A stretch of 64,000 nt of DNA from Callorhinchus milii (Eukaryota). Shown here in pieces: positions 51,601-63,440 of the stretch. Position 1 is the first letter of the stretch. Every line of letters starts with the position of its first letter. The stretch is from the NCBI RefSeq assembly GCF_018977255.1, contig NW_024704757.1, forward strand, positions 16,058,001-16,122,000, read 5' to 3'. The notes beneath the pieces are model-generated. The model had not been told where the DNA came from, made no database searches, and was given only the letters and a program-made list of their open reading frames with translations. A program made the position numbers and the translations under genes.

Positions 51601-52375
51601 CACACCCACACATACACCCTCACACACCCACACATACACACTCACACACCCTCACACACACACACAGACACCCTCACACACACACTCACACACCCTCACA
51701 CACACACAGACACGCTCACACACCCACACACGCTCACACACACACCCACACAGACACACTCACACACCCACACATACACACACTCACGTTCACAGACACA
51801 CTCACACCCTCACACACCCACACATACACACTCACACACCCTCACACGCTCACACACACACAGACACACACACCCACACATACACACACATACAACTCAC
51901 ACACCCTCACACGTACACGCTCACACACACACCATGTAAAATCAGTCGGTGTAACATCCAGACTGTTTGTGGGGACGTCGCTGGGGTGCGATCGGCTGCC
52001 GGGTTTGGCCCACAAAACACACAGTCACTACACGTACCGTGTATCCCGCGAAGCGCTTTGAGACGTCTCGACGACGTGACCGGGCGCCGGATCAAACCCC
52101 GGGGTTATTGTTGTGATTGTTATTGTTATTAGGGATATAAATGCAAATTGTTGTTGTTGGTGAAGCTCAGAGCCCCGGGGGGGGGGGGGGGGGCTCTGAC
52201 TCCAGGCCTCAGGCCCTCGCGCTCTCTCTCTCTCTCTCTCTCTCACCGCGTTCCTCATGAGGCGCTCGAGCCGCAGGCGCTGCTCCTCGGCCGCGGTGCG
52301 CGGGATGACCAGAGGCTGCGCCGCTTTGCGCCCGCGGCCGCCCCGAGACCTGTCCCTCTCGCTCCCCGCCGCCAT
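48629..52375 (-). CDS. PRKRIP1: PRKR-interacting protein 1, 189 aa
   Basis: Exons 52375-52247, 50413-50335, 49909-49809, 49360-49275, 49019-48949, 48732-48629 (570 nt); signature [42 protein letters not shown]. Confidence 0.97.
50461..50781 (-). mobile_element. SINE copy, short-middle variant with L2-type subterminal tail
   Basis: Head and tail match; tail carries CACGTCGGGAGGACGTCCCAA as in the L2 ends. Confidence 0.85.
51574..51932. repeat. CA-rich compound repeat in PRKRIP1 intron 1
   Basis: CACACCCTCACAC-type units. Confidence 0.85.
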
Positions 52376-52500
52376 CTTGCCGCTGATCCCGCCCACCTCG
52401 GTCGCGCCGTGATGACGTCGCCCCCTCCCCCCCGCGCAGCCAGAGGGAGGCCTTTCCGTGACGTCATCGCCCCGCGCCGACTGGTAGCCATTGATCCAGT
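52376..52500 (-). promoter_or_regulatory. PRKRIP1 promoter with CRE sites and YY1-type start context
   Basis: TGACGTCA at 52459-52466, TGACGTCG at 52413, GC boxes, and AAGATGGCGGC over the ATG. Confidence 0.6.
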
Positions 52501-52514
52501 AATAATGACACAGG

Positions 52515-53150
52515 TCACCTGTGTGAGGGGTACACCTGTAACAGGACACCTGTGTGAGGGGGTACACCTGTAACAGACACCTGTGTAAGGGGTACACCTG
52601 TGTGAGGGGTACACCTGTGTGAGGGGGTACACCTGTGTGAGGGGGTACACCTGTAACAGACACCTGTGTGAGGGGGTACACCTGTAACAGACACCTGTGT
52701 AAGGGGGTACACCTGTGTGAGGGGTACACCTGTGTGAGGGGTACACCTGTGTGAGGGGTACACCTGTGTGAGGGGGTACACCTGTGTGAGGGGTACACCT
52801 GTGTGAGGGGTACACTGTAGACACCTGTGTGAGGGGGTACACCTGTGTGAAGGGTACACCTGTGGGGGTACACCTGTGTGAGGGGTACACCTGTGTGAGG
52901 GGGTACACCTGTGAGGGACACCTGTGTGAGGGGGTACACCTGTAACAGGACACCTGTGTGAGGGGGTACACCTGTGTGAGGGGGTACACCTGTAACAGGA
53001 CACCTGTGTGAGGGGTACACCTGTAACAGACACCTGTGTGAGGGGGTACACCTGTAACAGGACAACTGTTACAGGTGTACCTCCCTCACACACACAGGTG
53101 TTGTAAAGTGAGCTCAGGGAGGTTAGGGAAGTCAGGTGTACCCCTCCTCG
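52515..53150. repeat. Complex minisatellite (ACACCTGTGTGAGGGG(G)T and ACACCTGTAACAG(G) units) with an inverted terminal copy
   Basis: About 33 CACCTG copies counted by eye; orientation flips at about 53063. Confidence 0.95.
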
Positions 53151-53175
53151 CCCCCCAGTCAAACTCCCGTGCGTT

Positions 53176-53548
53176 GAGTCCTGTAGCTCAGTGGTTAGAG
53201 CTCTCGCCTCGCAAGCAACAGGACCTGGGTTCGATTCCCGGGCAGCGCGAAATTACGGGCGACTTTCCTTACTCCACCCACGCGCCTGTTTGCCCAGCAG
53301 TAAGTAGGAACCCGGTTGTTAGTCGATTGGCATATCACTTTTCCGGGGGTAATAATCCCTTTCAAAAAAAATAATTTGGTCACTCAATCCCCGACTGTTT
53401 GTGGGACGCCGCTGTGTGCAATTGGCTGCCGCGTTTTGGCTACAAAATATACAGTCAATTCACTTTACAGTATATCCTGTGAAGCGCTTTGAGACGTCTC
53501 GAAGACGTGATAAGGCGCTGTATCAAATGCAAGGATTGTTATTATTAT
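53176..53548 (+). mobile_element. Full-length tRNA-derived SINE (~370 bp) with (TTA)n tail
   Basis: A box TAGCTCAGTGG, B box GGTTCGATTCC, CGC anticodon-like loop, body GCTGTGTGCAATTGGCTGCCGCG, tail TCAAATGCAAGGATT(ATT)n; many copies in the window. Confidence 0.9.
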
Positions 53549-53660
53549 GTTCCCATGATTTAGCTCCCGTAGCTTTTATCCCCTCCATTACACAAGCTCC
53601 CACCTTCAGTGGTCTCCATTATATACTCCAATACACAAGTTCAGTCAGTTAGTCACCAGC

Positions 53661-53666
53661 TTTATT
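53661..53666 (-). terminator. Probable PTCD1 polyadenylation signal
   Basis: tttatt (AATAAA on -) about 180 nt past the stop. Confidence 0.6.
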
Positions 53667-53842
53667 TTTACACATTTACAATATTGACCTCTATAGACCA
53701 TTGTGATCGATATCTAGTGCCCTCAATAGGTATCCATCAACTTCAGCCCAAGGACCCAATGTGAGACCAATGGCAAAGTCTAGTCGGGATGAGGGTCACT
53801 AGAAATGGGAGTCCTTGCAGGCACGGCAGTAGTCTTGTTGCT

Positions 53843-56800
53843 TTAATGTACTTTGCTTTTCTTCTTTTTCTCTGGCCTTAATTTTGTTGTTGTTGTTTTA
53901 ACATCGCTTTGATTGGGTTGATCCTCCTGGGTTGAGGAAACTTTCTTAATTCTGTATCTTTCCCACGGGTGAGGTGTCTCAGCCACAGGCATCCATGTCA
54001 GCCATTGGTAGTAGAAGCCACGAAAGCCATCGATCTTTTCCAGGTAGGTATTCTTTGACTTGTACTAGAAATGGAGAAAGGAGACAGATAGTGAATCTAC
54101 AAATCCTGTACTTCAAATTAGCACTGGATAAAAACTAACTTTAATACAGAGAATTTCCTCTCTCTTCCACACCTATCCATGAGATCAACAGAGTTTGAAG
54201 CTTATTTATACCATCAACGTGGGAGATGCAGCTCTGGATTCACGGCAACAATAACAAATTACGTTTGCATAGTGCTTTTCTCGTTGGAAGGACATCCCAA
54301 GGCACTATATAAATGTAATTTTGCAACAAAGGCACAATCAATATTACACTTCACAGCAAATCACAAGAACGTGTGGGCGAACATTCAAGATACTTTGGAA
54401 ATAAATCAGTGCTTCTTTTTCACATACCCGGTCAAATTTGGGAGGGTAGCTGGCTGCAAACTCCAGTTGTCTAAGAACGACCTGGTTGGGTGAGACCTGA
54501 TTTCTGGCCATATCTCGGAGGACGTCAATGAGGAACACGTAGTCCAGCTGCTTGGCTGCAGCGTTGATCAGTGTGCTGTACACGTTGACATTGGGGATAA
54601 CTCCAGACATCTGGAAAGAATGATTTTCAATCAACACCACAGTATATCATTCTAAAGCATTTCTGTTTCGTGGGTCCTTGTGCTTTCAGTGCAGATAGAA
54701 CAAGAATGGCATCTCCTGAACTCCTGTGAAGTTCCTGCAAACAATTAATTTTGCAATAACTTGCATTTATATAGCGCCTTTCACGCAGGATAGCGTCCCA
54801 GAGCGCTGCCCTGGTGAAGAGCTGGAGGGTTACCTTCATGTCAGACAAGAGCTGGAGTCCGTCGCAGCTTTTCCTGCAGGCGATTGCCAGGTTACAGAAG
54901 GTGTACATGTTGGGTGTCAGGCTGCGCTCTGTCAGCAAGCGGATCACCGCCTGGCGGGAGACAGAAAAACACACACAACACCTTCAGTATTGATCTGGAT
55001 AAACTCTGAACCTAAGAGCAGTCACATATAGCAGGTGAATGAGGGCTGGCACCTCTCATTCGATTCCTTACCTTTGCCCCCTCCAGGTCACCCATCTTGC
55101 TCCTCTTTCTGACCAAGGTGTTGAAGAATGAAATGTCTGCTTTCACCCTGTGCTCGTCCATGAGAGTCAACAAGGAGGACTCGGAGTCGTTCTCCAAGTC
55201 CATCACGTCAACCAACAGTGTGAAGGTCTTAATATCTGGCCGCACGCCGTCTGCCTTCATTTTACCGAGGAGGCCGCTCAGATTTCCGATCAGCGCGAGT
55301 CTATCACACGGTCTCCCTGCTGCTCCCAACGAGATAACGTTCCCTTTATGAACCTGGAGGTCCAGGAGGTTAAGTGGGCCGTCACTGTGGCCTGAGACAG
55401 ACAGTTTGCTGGCGTTTGAATCCACTGTAAAGATTTGGGTAGCGGGAACCAGATCCGTTGATTGCTCTTCCCTTTGCAATAGTTTGTTTTCTTGACTTGG
55501 GCTGGACAGTGGCTCTGGTGCTTTGACTGGTATCCATGTGGATTCGGGATTGATTCGCGCTGTGGATCCAGCGCCTCCAGCTTTGTCTCCGTCCTCGGGC
55601 AGGAAGGAGACGTCTGCAAATATCTGTTGCTCCAAAAGGTCCACGTCCAAGCTCCCTGTGCTTTTCTCCTTGTGCTTCTCTTTTTGCCCTTTCAGCCTCC
55701 GCACCTTCCTGCGCTGCTGCAAGCTCCGCACGCTGTCATCCTCGTCCAACAGCAAGCGAGAGGCCATGGAGGGCTCCCCGATCCCACAGTCCCTCGCGGC
55801 TCGCAGCAGCAGGTTGTAGCTCTTGGCATCGGGCCGGATCCCCAGTTTGAGCATCTGTCGCCAAATCTACAAGACAGACAGAGAGATCACTTCGAGGCCC
55901 CAATCGTAAAGGGTTCACAACATCACATCATCAAACATTAAAGGATTCGCTCTAAAATGGCCCCATATTTGTCTTAACAGTTTGACAATTGGACTTCGAT
56001 AAGGATTTGCCATGACACTCCTTACACTGATTTAGGAGCTACCTATTTTCCTCTCTAAGAAGGGTGGTGGTGGTGGGAGGGGAAGAGTTGCAGGCATCTG
56101 TGGTATTTTATAGATCTGCCACAGGATCTCTAGATAAAAGCTCAGAACCCGATGGAGAATAAGGAATGAGTAAAATGTGTGACCTTTTGACATTAGAGGC
56201 ATCACATCCAATGCAAGTCTTATTTATAAATAGGCTGAAGAGCCTCCTTCTTCGAGACTTCTCTCGTGATTTCCCTTCACCTCGAACACACATGCTCTTT
56301 GGCAGATGCACCGACTGACCTGACCAGACCCGACCCTAATGGACCAAAGAGCTGTACAGTCATTACCTGCAAAAGGCACCTGAAGCCGTTCTCGGTGTCG
56401 TTGATGCATCCAATCATCAAGTTGCTGAATGTGATCTCATTCACCTCGTGACCACTGTGAACTATTTCCTGAAAAAAACACAGAGGAAGCTCTGATCAGA
56501 ATCAGTCTAGTTAACCGCTAAGTTCAGCTAACTCTATCTGTAGCTTTGAGTAGTTATTTGTACTGCTGTCAGTCTTCAAAGAGACACAGATTAAGCCTCT
56601 TTTCCTTAAGTATTCAACATCCTTGGGAAGGAAAAGTACATGTATTTGGACATGGGGGGGGCAGAGATCACGATTGGGCTTGGCCGCAATGCCTCTCAGC
56701 ACTCACATGAAGCATGGTCAAATGGGTGAGGGGTCTGGTGCCTGTGAGATAGCAGCCTGGAAAAGACTCAGGAGGAAGAGAGAAAGTTGGTGGTTTCCCT

Positions 56801-59655
56801 TTGCACCGATGACCCCTGACAACAACAACAAGATTACATTGTATAGCACCTTTCACGTTGGGAGGACGTCTCAAGGCGCTGGACAGTGTACAGCATTCCT
56901 GACCCCCCTGAAGACAGCAACTCTATGTGTACCTGAAGCACTTGGAAGCAGGCCCTGAGGTCAGAGCAGATAGCGAAGGCCTTCAGCATGGAGTGGTAGG
57001 TGTGCAGGTTGGCTTGGATGTTCTTGCGCTTCAACTCTTCCCGGAGTTTGATGACAAACTGCAGACCAGAGTGCTTCCATGGCGACTCCGCGCAGGCGTT
57101 GAACAGGGCGGTGTACGTGGCTTCACTGGGGATTATAGCCCTCTTCTTCATCTGCCGAGAGACAACCAACTCCTCCAGGTTATGACACAGTAAAGTCTTT
57201 TCAGCATCAATAACCTCAAAATATTTAAAAGCATTTCGCTCGCAGATAATTGCTGTCAAGTGCAAGTGACTGAATTCAAAGTAAACACGGCAGCCAATTT
57301 ACACACACCTACACGATCCCAGAAGGAGCAGTGAGGTTTAAAGTCCAGTTCATACAAAGTATAGATAGCCAGGACACCGGGATAAGTTCCCAACATATCA
57401 CAAGACCTTTAATGTCCACTTAGTAACTGGAGTTAGATTAGAAGATCAGCCATGATTGAATGGCGGGGCAGGCTCGAAGGGCCGAATGGCCTACTCCTGC
57501 TCCTACATGTTATGTTATGCGGGTAGACAGGATCTCCAGTACCCCAGAACCAGTGCCACTAAATCGAAATTTATTCTGAGCCCCTCTCCCATCCCCCATT
57601 CTCCTCAATCAGGACACCTGTTGACAGACAGACCCTGATACTCACATCATTGTACAATCTGATGGCCTTTTTCAGGTACCCTGCTCGCCCGCAGCCCCCT
57701 ATCAGCACTGTGTAGTTATACTCCTCTGGTGGCAGTTGCTCCTCTTTCAGCATTCGTGTTTCAAACATGACCAGAGCCTCACTCAGCTAGACAGGAGAGA
57801 GGATAGGATATCAGTCAGGGCACCTTTCCAGTCACTGCATGACACAGCTATGCAACAACAACAACAAATTACATTTACACAGCGTCTTTCATGTTGAGAG
57901 GACGTCCAAGGCGCTGGACAGTCAGGGATTTGGACGTGAGCTGGGGGTTGGGATCAGGGCGGATGGAGGGCAATCCGGGTAGGGGTAGGAGGGTGGCCGA
58001 AGGCACAGTCGAAGAGGAAGGTCTTGAGACATGCCTTGAAGTAGGCCAAGGAGGGGTCAAGGTGAATTGACTGTGAGATGGAGTTCTAAAGGGTGGGGGT
58101 AATTTATTGAATTGACTGAATTTTGGAGGTGAATTGACTATATTTTGTGGGCGAAATGCGACAGCACACAGCGATTGATAATCCTTAATTGTGGATTCAC
58201 AACGCACAGTGATAATACTGGATCTCAGTTCCTCGCTGAGTAATAATAATAATAAACGTTGCATTTGATATAGAGCTTTTCATGTCTTCTCGACGTCCCA
58301 AAGCGCTTCATAGAATAGACTGCAAAGTGAATTGACTATATACTTGTGGGCGGAACGCGGCAGCCAATTGCGCACCGCAGCGTCTGTCCCACAAACATTA
58401 TTGTTTTGTTTTGGAGGGATTATGATTGGGGCTCTGTGTGGAGTAAGGAAACTTGCCCGAGGTTTGGCCCTGACTGGAATTGAACTCAGGTCTCTCGCTT
58501 GCAAAGCGAGTGCTCTGACCACTGAGCTACAGGACTCCACTGAATAACACTGAGCCATCAGTGGAACCACATCACACGTTGTAAGTGCCATTNNNNNNNN
58601 NNNNNNNNNNNNNNNNNNNNNNNNNNNNNNNNNNNNNNNNNNNNNNNNNNNNNNNNNNNNNNNNNNNNNNNNNNNNNNNNNNNNNNNNNNNNNNNNNNNN
58701 NNNNNNNNNNNNNNNNNNNNNNNNNNNNNNNNNNNNNNNNNNNNNNNNNNNNNNNNNNNNNNNNNNNNNNNNNNNNNNNNNNNNNNNNNNNNNNNNNNNN
58801 NNNNNNNNNNNNNNNNNNNNNNNNNNNNNNNNNNNNNNNNNNNNNNNNNNNNNNNNNNNNNNNNNNNNNNNNNNNNNNNNNNNNNNNNNNNNNNNNNNNN
58901 NNNNNNNNNNNNNNNNNNNNNNNNNNNNNNNNNNNNNNNNNNNNNNNNNNNNNNNNNNNNNNNNNNNNNNNNNNNNNNNNNNNNNNNNNNNNNNNNNNNN
59001 NNNNNNNNNNNNNNNNNNNNNNNNNNNNNNNNNNNNNNNNNNNNNNNNNNNNNNNNNNNNNNNNNNNNNNNNNNNNNNNNNNNNNNNNNNNNNNNNNNNN
59101 NNNNNNNNNNNNNNNNNNNNNNNNNNNNNNNNNNNNNNNNNNNNNNNNNNNNNNNNNNNNNNNNNNNNNNNNNNNNNNNNNNNNNNNNNNNNNNNNNNNT
59201 GGGGGGTTACCTGGTCAGTAAACCCTGACCTTGTTATTTTTGATCAGCTCTTTGCACCGCAGGAAGTACCAGTACGTAGTGTTCCTTCTCAGCGGCTCGG
59301 ATTGCACTTCGGACTCTGTGATCGCATCGCCACCGCCATCGCCCCACTCGTGCACCTCGGCGGCGGTGTTGCGGAAAGCCCTCCTGCGGGAGAGTCCCGG
59401 GGACGGAGGCCCGAGGCCCCCCGAGGTATCCTGATGCACGGACCCGCCCTCGGGGGAGTGCGGCCCTCGGCACCGCCCGCCCTTCGTGTCTGCGCGGCCG
59501 ACTGATGGCGCCCAACTCCTGGGCCCCGGGAGGCCCACAGGGCACCTCCTCGCCGCCCGGCGCACACATCCCAACGGGGACGCGCCCGGACGGGGCAACG
59601 AATGATACAGCCTCGGGAGCCTCTGGAGGCCGCAGGTACCCAACAGCCGCGCCAT
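53843..59655 (-). CDS. PTCD1: Pentatricopeptide repeat domain 1, mitochondrial, 734 aa
   Basis: Exons 59655-59230, 57786-57646, 57151-56933, 56468-56367, 55866-55072, 54950-54834, 54610-54428, 54064-53843 (2205 nt). PPR motifs ([33 protein letters not shown]), [11 protein letters not shown], an Arg/Leu-rich N-terminus, and [20 protein letters not shown]. Confidence 0.96.
58241..58538 (-). mobile_element. SINE copy, same short-middle variant as 50461
   Basis: Shares GGAGGGATTAT..GGCTCTGTGTGGAGTAAGG junction with the 50461 copy. Confidence 0.85.
58593..59199. other. Assembly gap in PTCD1 intron 1
   Basis: N run. Confidence 0.99.
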
Positions 59656-59659
59656 GTCC

Positions 59660-60511
59660 ACCGGCTGCAGCTCTCAGGCCCCTGTGGCTCAGCCCCACCC
59701 CCATGCGAGGCCCACCTCACGTGCTGCCGCGCCTCACCGCGCAGCGCCGATCCTGATTGGCGCCCCTTCGCGACACGGCCCCGCCCTCACCTCCTCTCCC
59801 CTCCCCTCCCCCCCGATCTCGCAAACGCGATTGGCCGACGCTCCCGTCAATCTCTCAGCCCCGCCCCCCTTCCCCGCCCCGCCCCCCCCCGGCGGCTGTC
59901 AGGTTAGGCTGTACCAGGCAGTCGCAGGCGATCGCGGAGAAATCGAGGGCTCACTCACACACACACACACACAGGACGTTCAGAGGCTCGACGATTCCTC
60001 AGTCGTCTGCTCCCTAGTGGCCAGTGATGGGATCTAACACTAATGGTTGATGTCTTATATATATATATTATATGGCAAACAATAAACAGTGTAACTCGGT
60101 AGAAATGTGACATAATTATTGAGCTTTTCCCCCCTCCCTCCCTCCCTCCCTCCCCTTGTGTCTGGGGGATATACATGTGAATGTTTTTTGAATGGGGTCC
60201 TCCCAACTGAAGGTGGCGCTGTTGGAGGAGTGAGCGGGTGGTGGTGGGGGGGTCAGCTCTTGGCTGTGCGGTTTCCCTCTTTGTTGCGGGGCCAGTGCTC
60301 CCGGTTTGGCGGGTTGGAGGCAGCGGCCGCTCACAGAGAAGAGGTCCGGGGCCCGGGGAGAGAGAGAGAGAGAGAGAGGCCAGGGGCCCGGGGAGAGAGA
60401 GAGGCCAGGGGCCCGGGGAGAGAGGCCAGGGGCCCGGGGAGAGAGGCCAGGGGCCCGGGGAGAGAGGCAGAGAGAGGGGGCCCGGGGCCGGGGGTGGGGG
60501 GAGAGGCCGAG
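59660..60511. promoter_or_regulatory. Head-to-head PTCD1/CPSF4 promoter region
   Basis: ATGs 857 bp apart and divergent; ATTGG boxes at 59756 and 59830; GC boxes 59858-59890; CpG-rich. Confidence 0.75.
60348..60500 (+). repeat. G-rich ~21-bp tandem repeat (GGCCCGGGGAGAGAGGCCAGG) just 5' of the CPSF4 ATG
   Basis: About five to six units with variable GA-run length. Confidence 0.85.
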
Positions 60512-63420
60512 ATGCAGGAACTTATCTCCAATGTGGACCACATCAAATTCGAGCTGGAGATCGCGGTGGAGCAGCAGCTCGGGGCTCAGCCGCTGCCCTT
60601 CCCCGGGATGGACAGTGAGTGGTGGCCATTCCTGCACAAGCCCTCCCTCACTCCCTCGCACACTCCCTCCCTCCCTCGCACACTCCGTCACACCCTCACA
60701 CACTCCCTCCCTCACACACACCCTCCCTCACACCCTCCCTCCTCACACACACCCTCCCTCACACCCTCACACACTCCCTCCCTCCCTCACACCCTCACAC
60801 CCTCCCTCCCTCACACCCTCCCTCCCTCACACCCCTCCCTCGCGCCCTCCCTCACACCCTCACACTCCCTCACACCCTCACACACACCCTCCCTCCCTCA
60901 CACACACCCTCCCTCACACACTCTCCCTTCCTCACACCTCCCTCACACCCTCCCTCCCTCCCCCACACCCTCCCTCCCTCACACACTCCTTCACTCACAC
61001 CTTCACTTATATTTTTCTCTCTCTATTCTCTACCCCTCTCCTTCCCTCCATCAGTCTCCCTCACTCTTCTTCCATCTTCCTCCTTCATCTCCCCCCCCCC
61101 CGCCTCTGCTCTCCCCTCCCTCACCCTTCCTTCCTCACATCATCCTCATTCTCTCACCTCAACTCTTGCTCTGTCCCCTCGGAGTCTGCACTCCCTCTTC
61201 GGCTCTATGAGCTCAGCTGTGGTCTTGTTTTCAGGAGGGGACACACACACACACACACCTGTAACTTCAGTGATTGCGAATCTGATCGCTCAGAGATGAC
61301 TCTAATGTTTTGCGAATGATTAAGCGCAGTGAGATTCTGTGTAAAAAGCTGTTGGGTCCCGTTGTGATGTTTCTAATACCCTCTCTACTAAGTGAGGTGT
61401 CGTTAATATTCTCAAGACAGAGAAGAAATAGATGAGATCGTAGTTGTGTTGTTCAACACTCTTTGTTTCTTTTTTCCTCCTTCCCTCCACCTCCCGCTCC
61501 CTCATCCAGAGTCCGGAGCAGCGGTCTGTGAATTCTTCCTCAGAGCATCTTGCGGGAAAGGTAAGAAATTGACGTCAACGGTCTACATATTTCAGGGATT
61601 AAAACTGCTCATGTTTTTCTGTGGGGATTTTGTGCTGAAGTTGAGGGTTATTGATGGGATTTGAAACCGGTACTGTTCAGATGGACTGTAGGCTCTTTAT
61701 ACAAGTTCCCATGCGTAAAGGCAACAAATATTCTATTAAAAATATTTACCTACATAAAAGATAAACTGCATATACTGTAGATTATTTGTTTCTTATATTG
61801 GATGAGTTGCTTCACCCAATTGCAGTTACTAGTGTAACAATATTCTCCAAGCTTTCAGGGCAGACCTGAGTTTCTTCTTGTGAACACCTCTGTCTGTACT
61901 TGTAGATGCTGTGCTCTTTCTCTTCCAGAGGGTGTGACGGGGCGAGACCTGATACGGTGATTTTAACTGATTCTTGTTGTAATGTTGCAGGTGGGATGTG
62001 CCCGTTTCGGCACATCAGTGGGGAAAAGACGGTGGTGTGCAAGCACTGGCTACGAGGGTTGTGCAAGAAAGGAGATCAGTGTGAATTCTTGCACGAATAT
62101 GATATGACCAAGATGCCCGAATGCTATTTCTACTCCAAGTTCGGTGAGCGCTGTGTATCTTTATCTCCTGCTGACTTTCTAAAAGTGTCTTGTTGATCAC
62201 TCACGGGTGTGGAAAGGACTGGTTTTACACAGCAATTTGCCATCTGTGCGTGGGAGAGAAGGACCAGGCAAGAGAGATCTGAAATAACTGTAGGAAATAG
62301 ATGCGTTTTGCGGGTCCAACCACCTTGTGTTCAGTGCTGTTCTCTGTGCCTTGTACCTATGCAGGAGAATGTAGTAACAAGGAATGTCCGTTCCTACACA
62401 TCGATCCTGAATCCAAAATCAAAGACTGCCCCTGGTATGACCGAGGCTTCTGTAAACACGGTAAGTGCTAAATAATCCCTTCACATAAACAAATAATAAT
62501 AATAATTTGATTGCTCTGTTAAAGTAGTGAACTCAATGTGATAATGTAACTGCTGGCTGGCTTCAGTGGGTCACTGATCCAACTCTGGGCTTTTTGCAGG
62601 TCCCCTCTGCAGGCACCGACACACACGACGAGTCATCTGTGTAAACTATCTGGTAGGATTCTGCCCGGAGGGACCCAGCTGTAAATTCATGCAGTAAGTA
62701 CAGTACATGGCAATTTGTGTAACTAACTCTTTTAATATCACTCCTTATCAGTTTAGTGTCTCAGCACTTCATCACGCGTTGCTTTAATCTGGTGGGGGGA
62801 GAAGATGCCAATATTTTTCTGTGTTTGTCTCAGTAGCAGAGTTTACCTTCACGCAGGGTAGTGTCCCAGATATGGCGGAGCATGTCGCTGGGAAAGGAGG
62901 AGGTGACCATAAGCACGGTCAAAGAGGAAGTCTTCAGGTGCGACCTGAAGATGAGAAAGGAAGGGGCACGTCAGAGGGTTCGAGCAAGTGTTCCAAAGTT
63001 TCAGGGCGTAGTATCTGAAAGCACGGCCACCGATGCTGCCACCACTATTCATGGCTTTACATTCATGTTCGGGTTTCTGGAAGCTGCTGTCTAGTAAATC
63101 TCTGATCCCAGTTTGGAAGTGGACTGTGTACTGCTCACTGCACTTTCCTCATGTTTTATGAACTAGAATTATGGCTGACTCCGGGTTTTTGATCATCTAA
63201 ACACTCTCGCAGCTGCTCAGAGTTCAATCCCTCAGTCACGCCTTGGTTTAAGATTCTCTCTACTCGCTCTGTTACAAATGAGTTGCTTGAGGCTGATTTT
63301 AAATGCAAGCATGCATAATTTTTTTTTCTCTCTCTCCAACTTAGCCCTCGGTTTGAGTTGCCTATGGGTACTGGTGTTGACCAGCCACCAATACAACAGC
63401 AGCAGCAGATTCAACAGAAG
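60512..63420 (+). CDS. CPSF4: Cleavage and polyadenylation specificity factor 4 (CPSF30), first six coding exons (3' part outside window)
   Basis: Exons 60512-60614, 61510-61560, 61991-62143, 62365-62460, 62600-62693, 63345-63420. [41 protein letters not shown].. followed by five CCCH fingers ([20 protein letters not shown]). Confidence 0.97.
60640..61190. repeat. C-rich compound repeat in CPSF4 intron 1
   Basis: CCCTCCCTCACACA-type units, then a polypyrimidine tract. Confidence 0.85.
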
Positions 63421-63440
63421 GTACAAACCCAACCCTTTAT

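Noticed and set aside
52500-53162. Repetitive 215-345-aa ORFs, and His/Thr/Pro-rich ORFs at 44756-45086, 51304-52132, 60619-61319
   Set aside because: Stop-free translations of simple repeats in several frames at once.
53176-53250. tRNA-Ala(CGC)-like sequence with A and B boxes
   Set aside because: It continues directly into a SINE body and tail, and the same head recurs at several loci; the acceptor stem is poor. It is a SINE head, not a tRNA gene.
22378-63420. U12-type or non-canonical introns
   Set aside because: All introns I resolved are GT-AG without the RTATCCTT donor. Two AAG acceptors (GNG13 last exon, PRKRIP1 exon 2) are uncommon but canonical.
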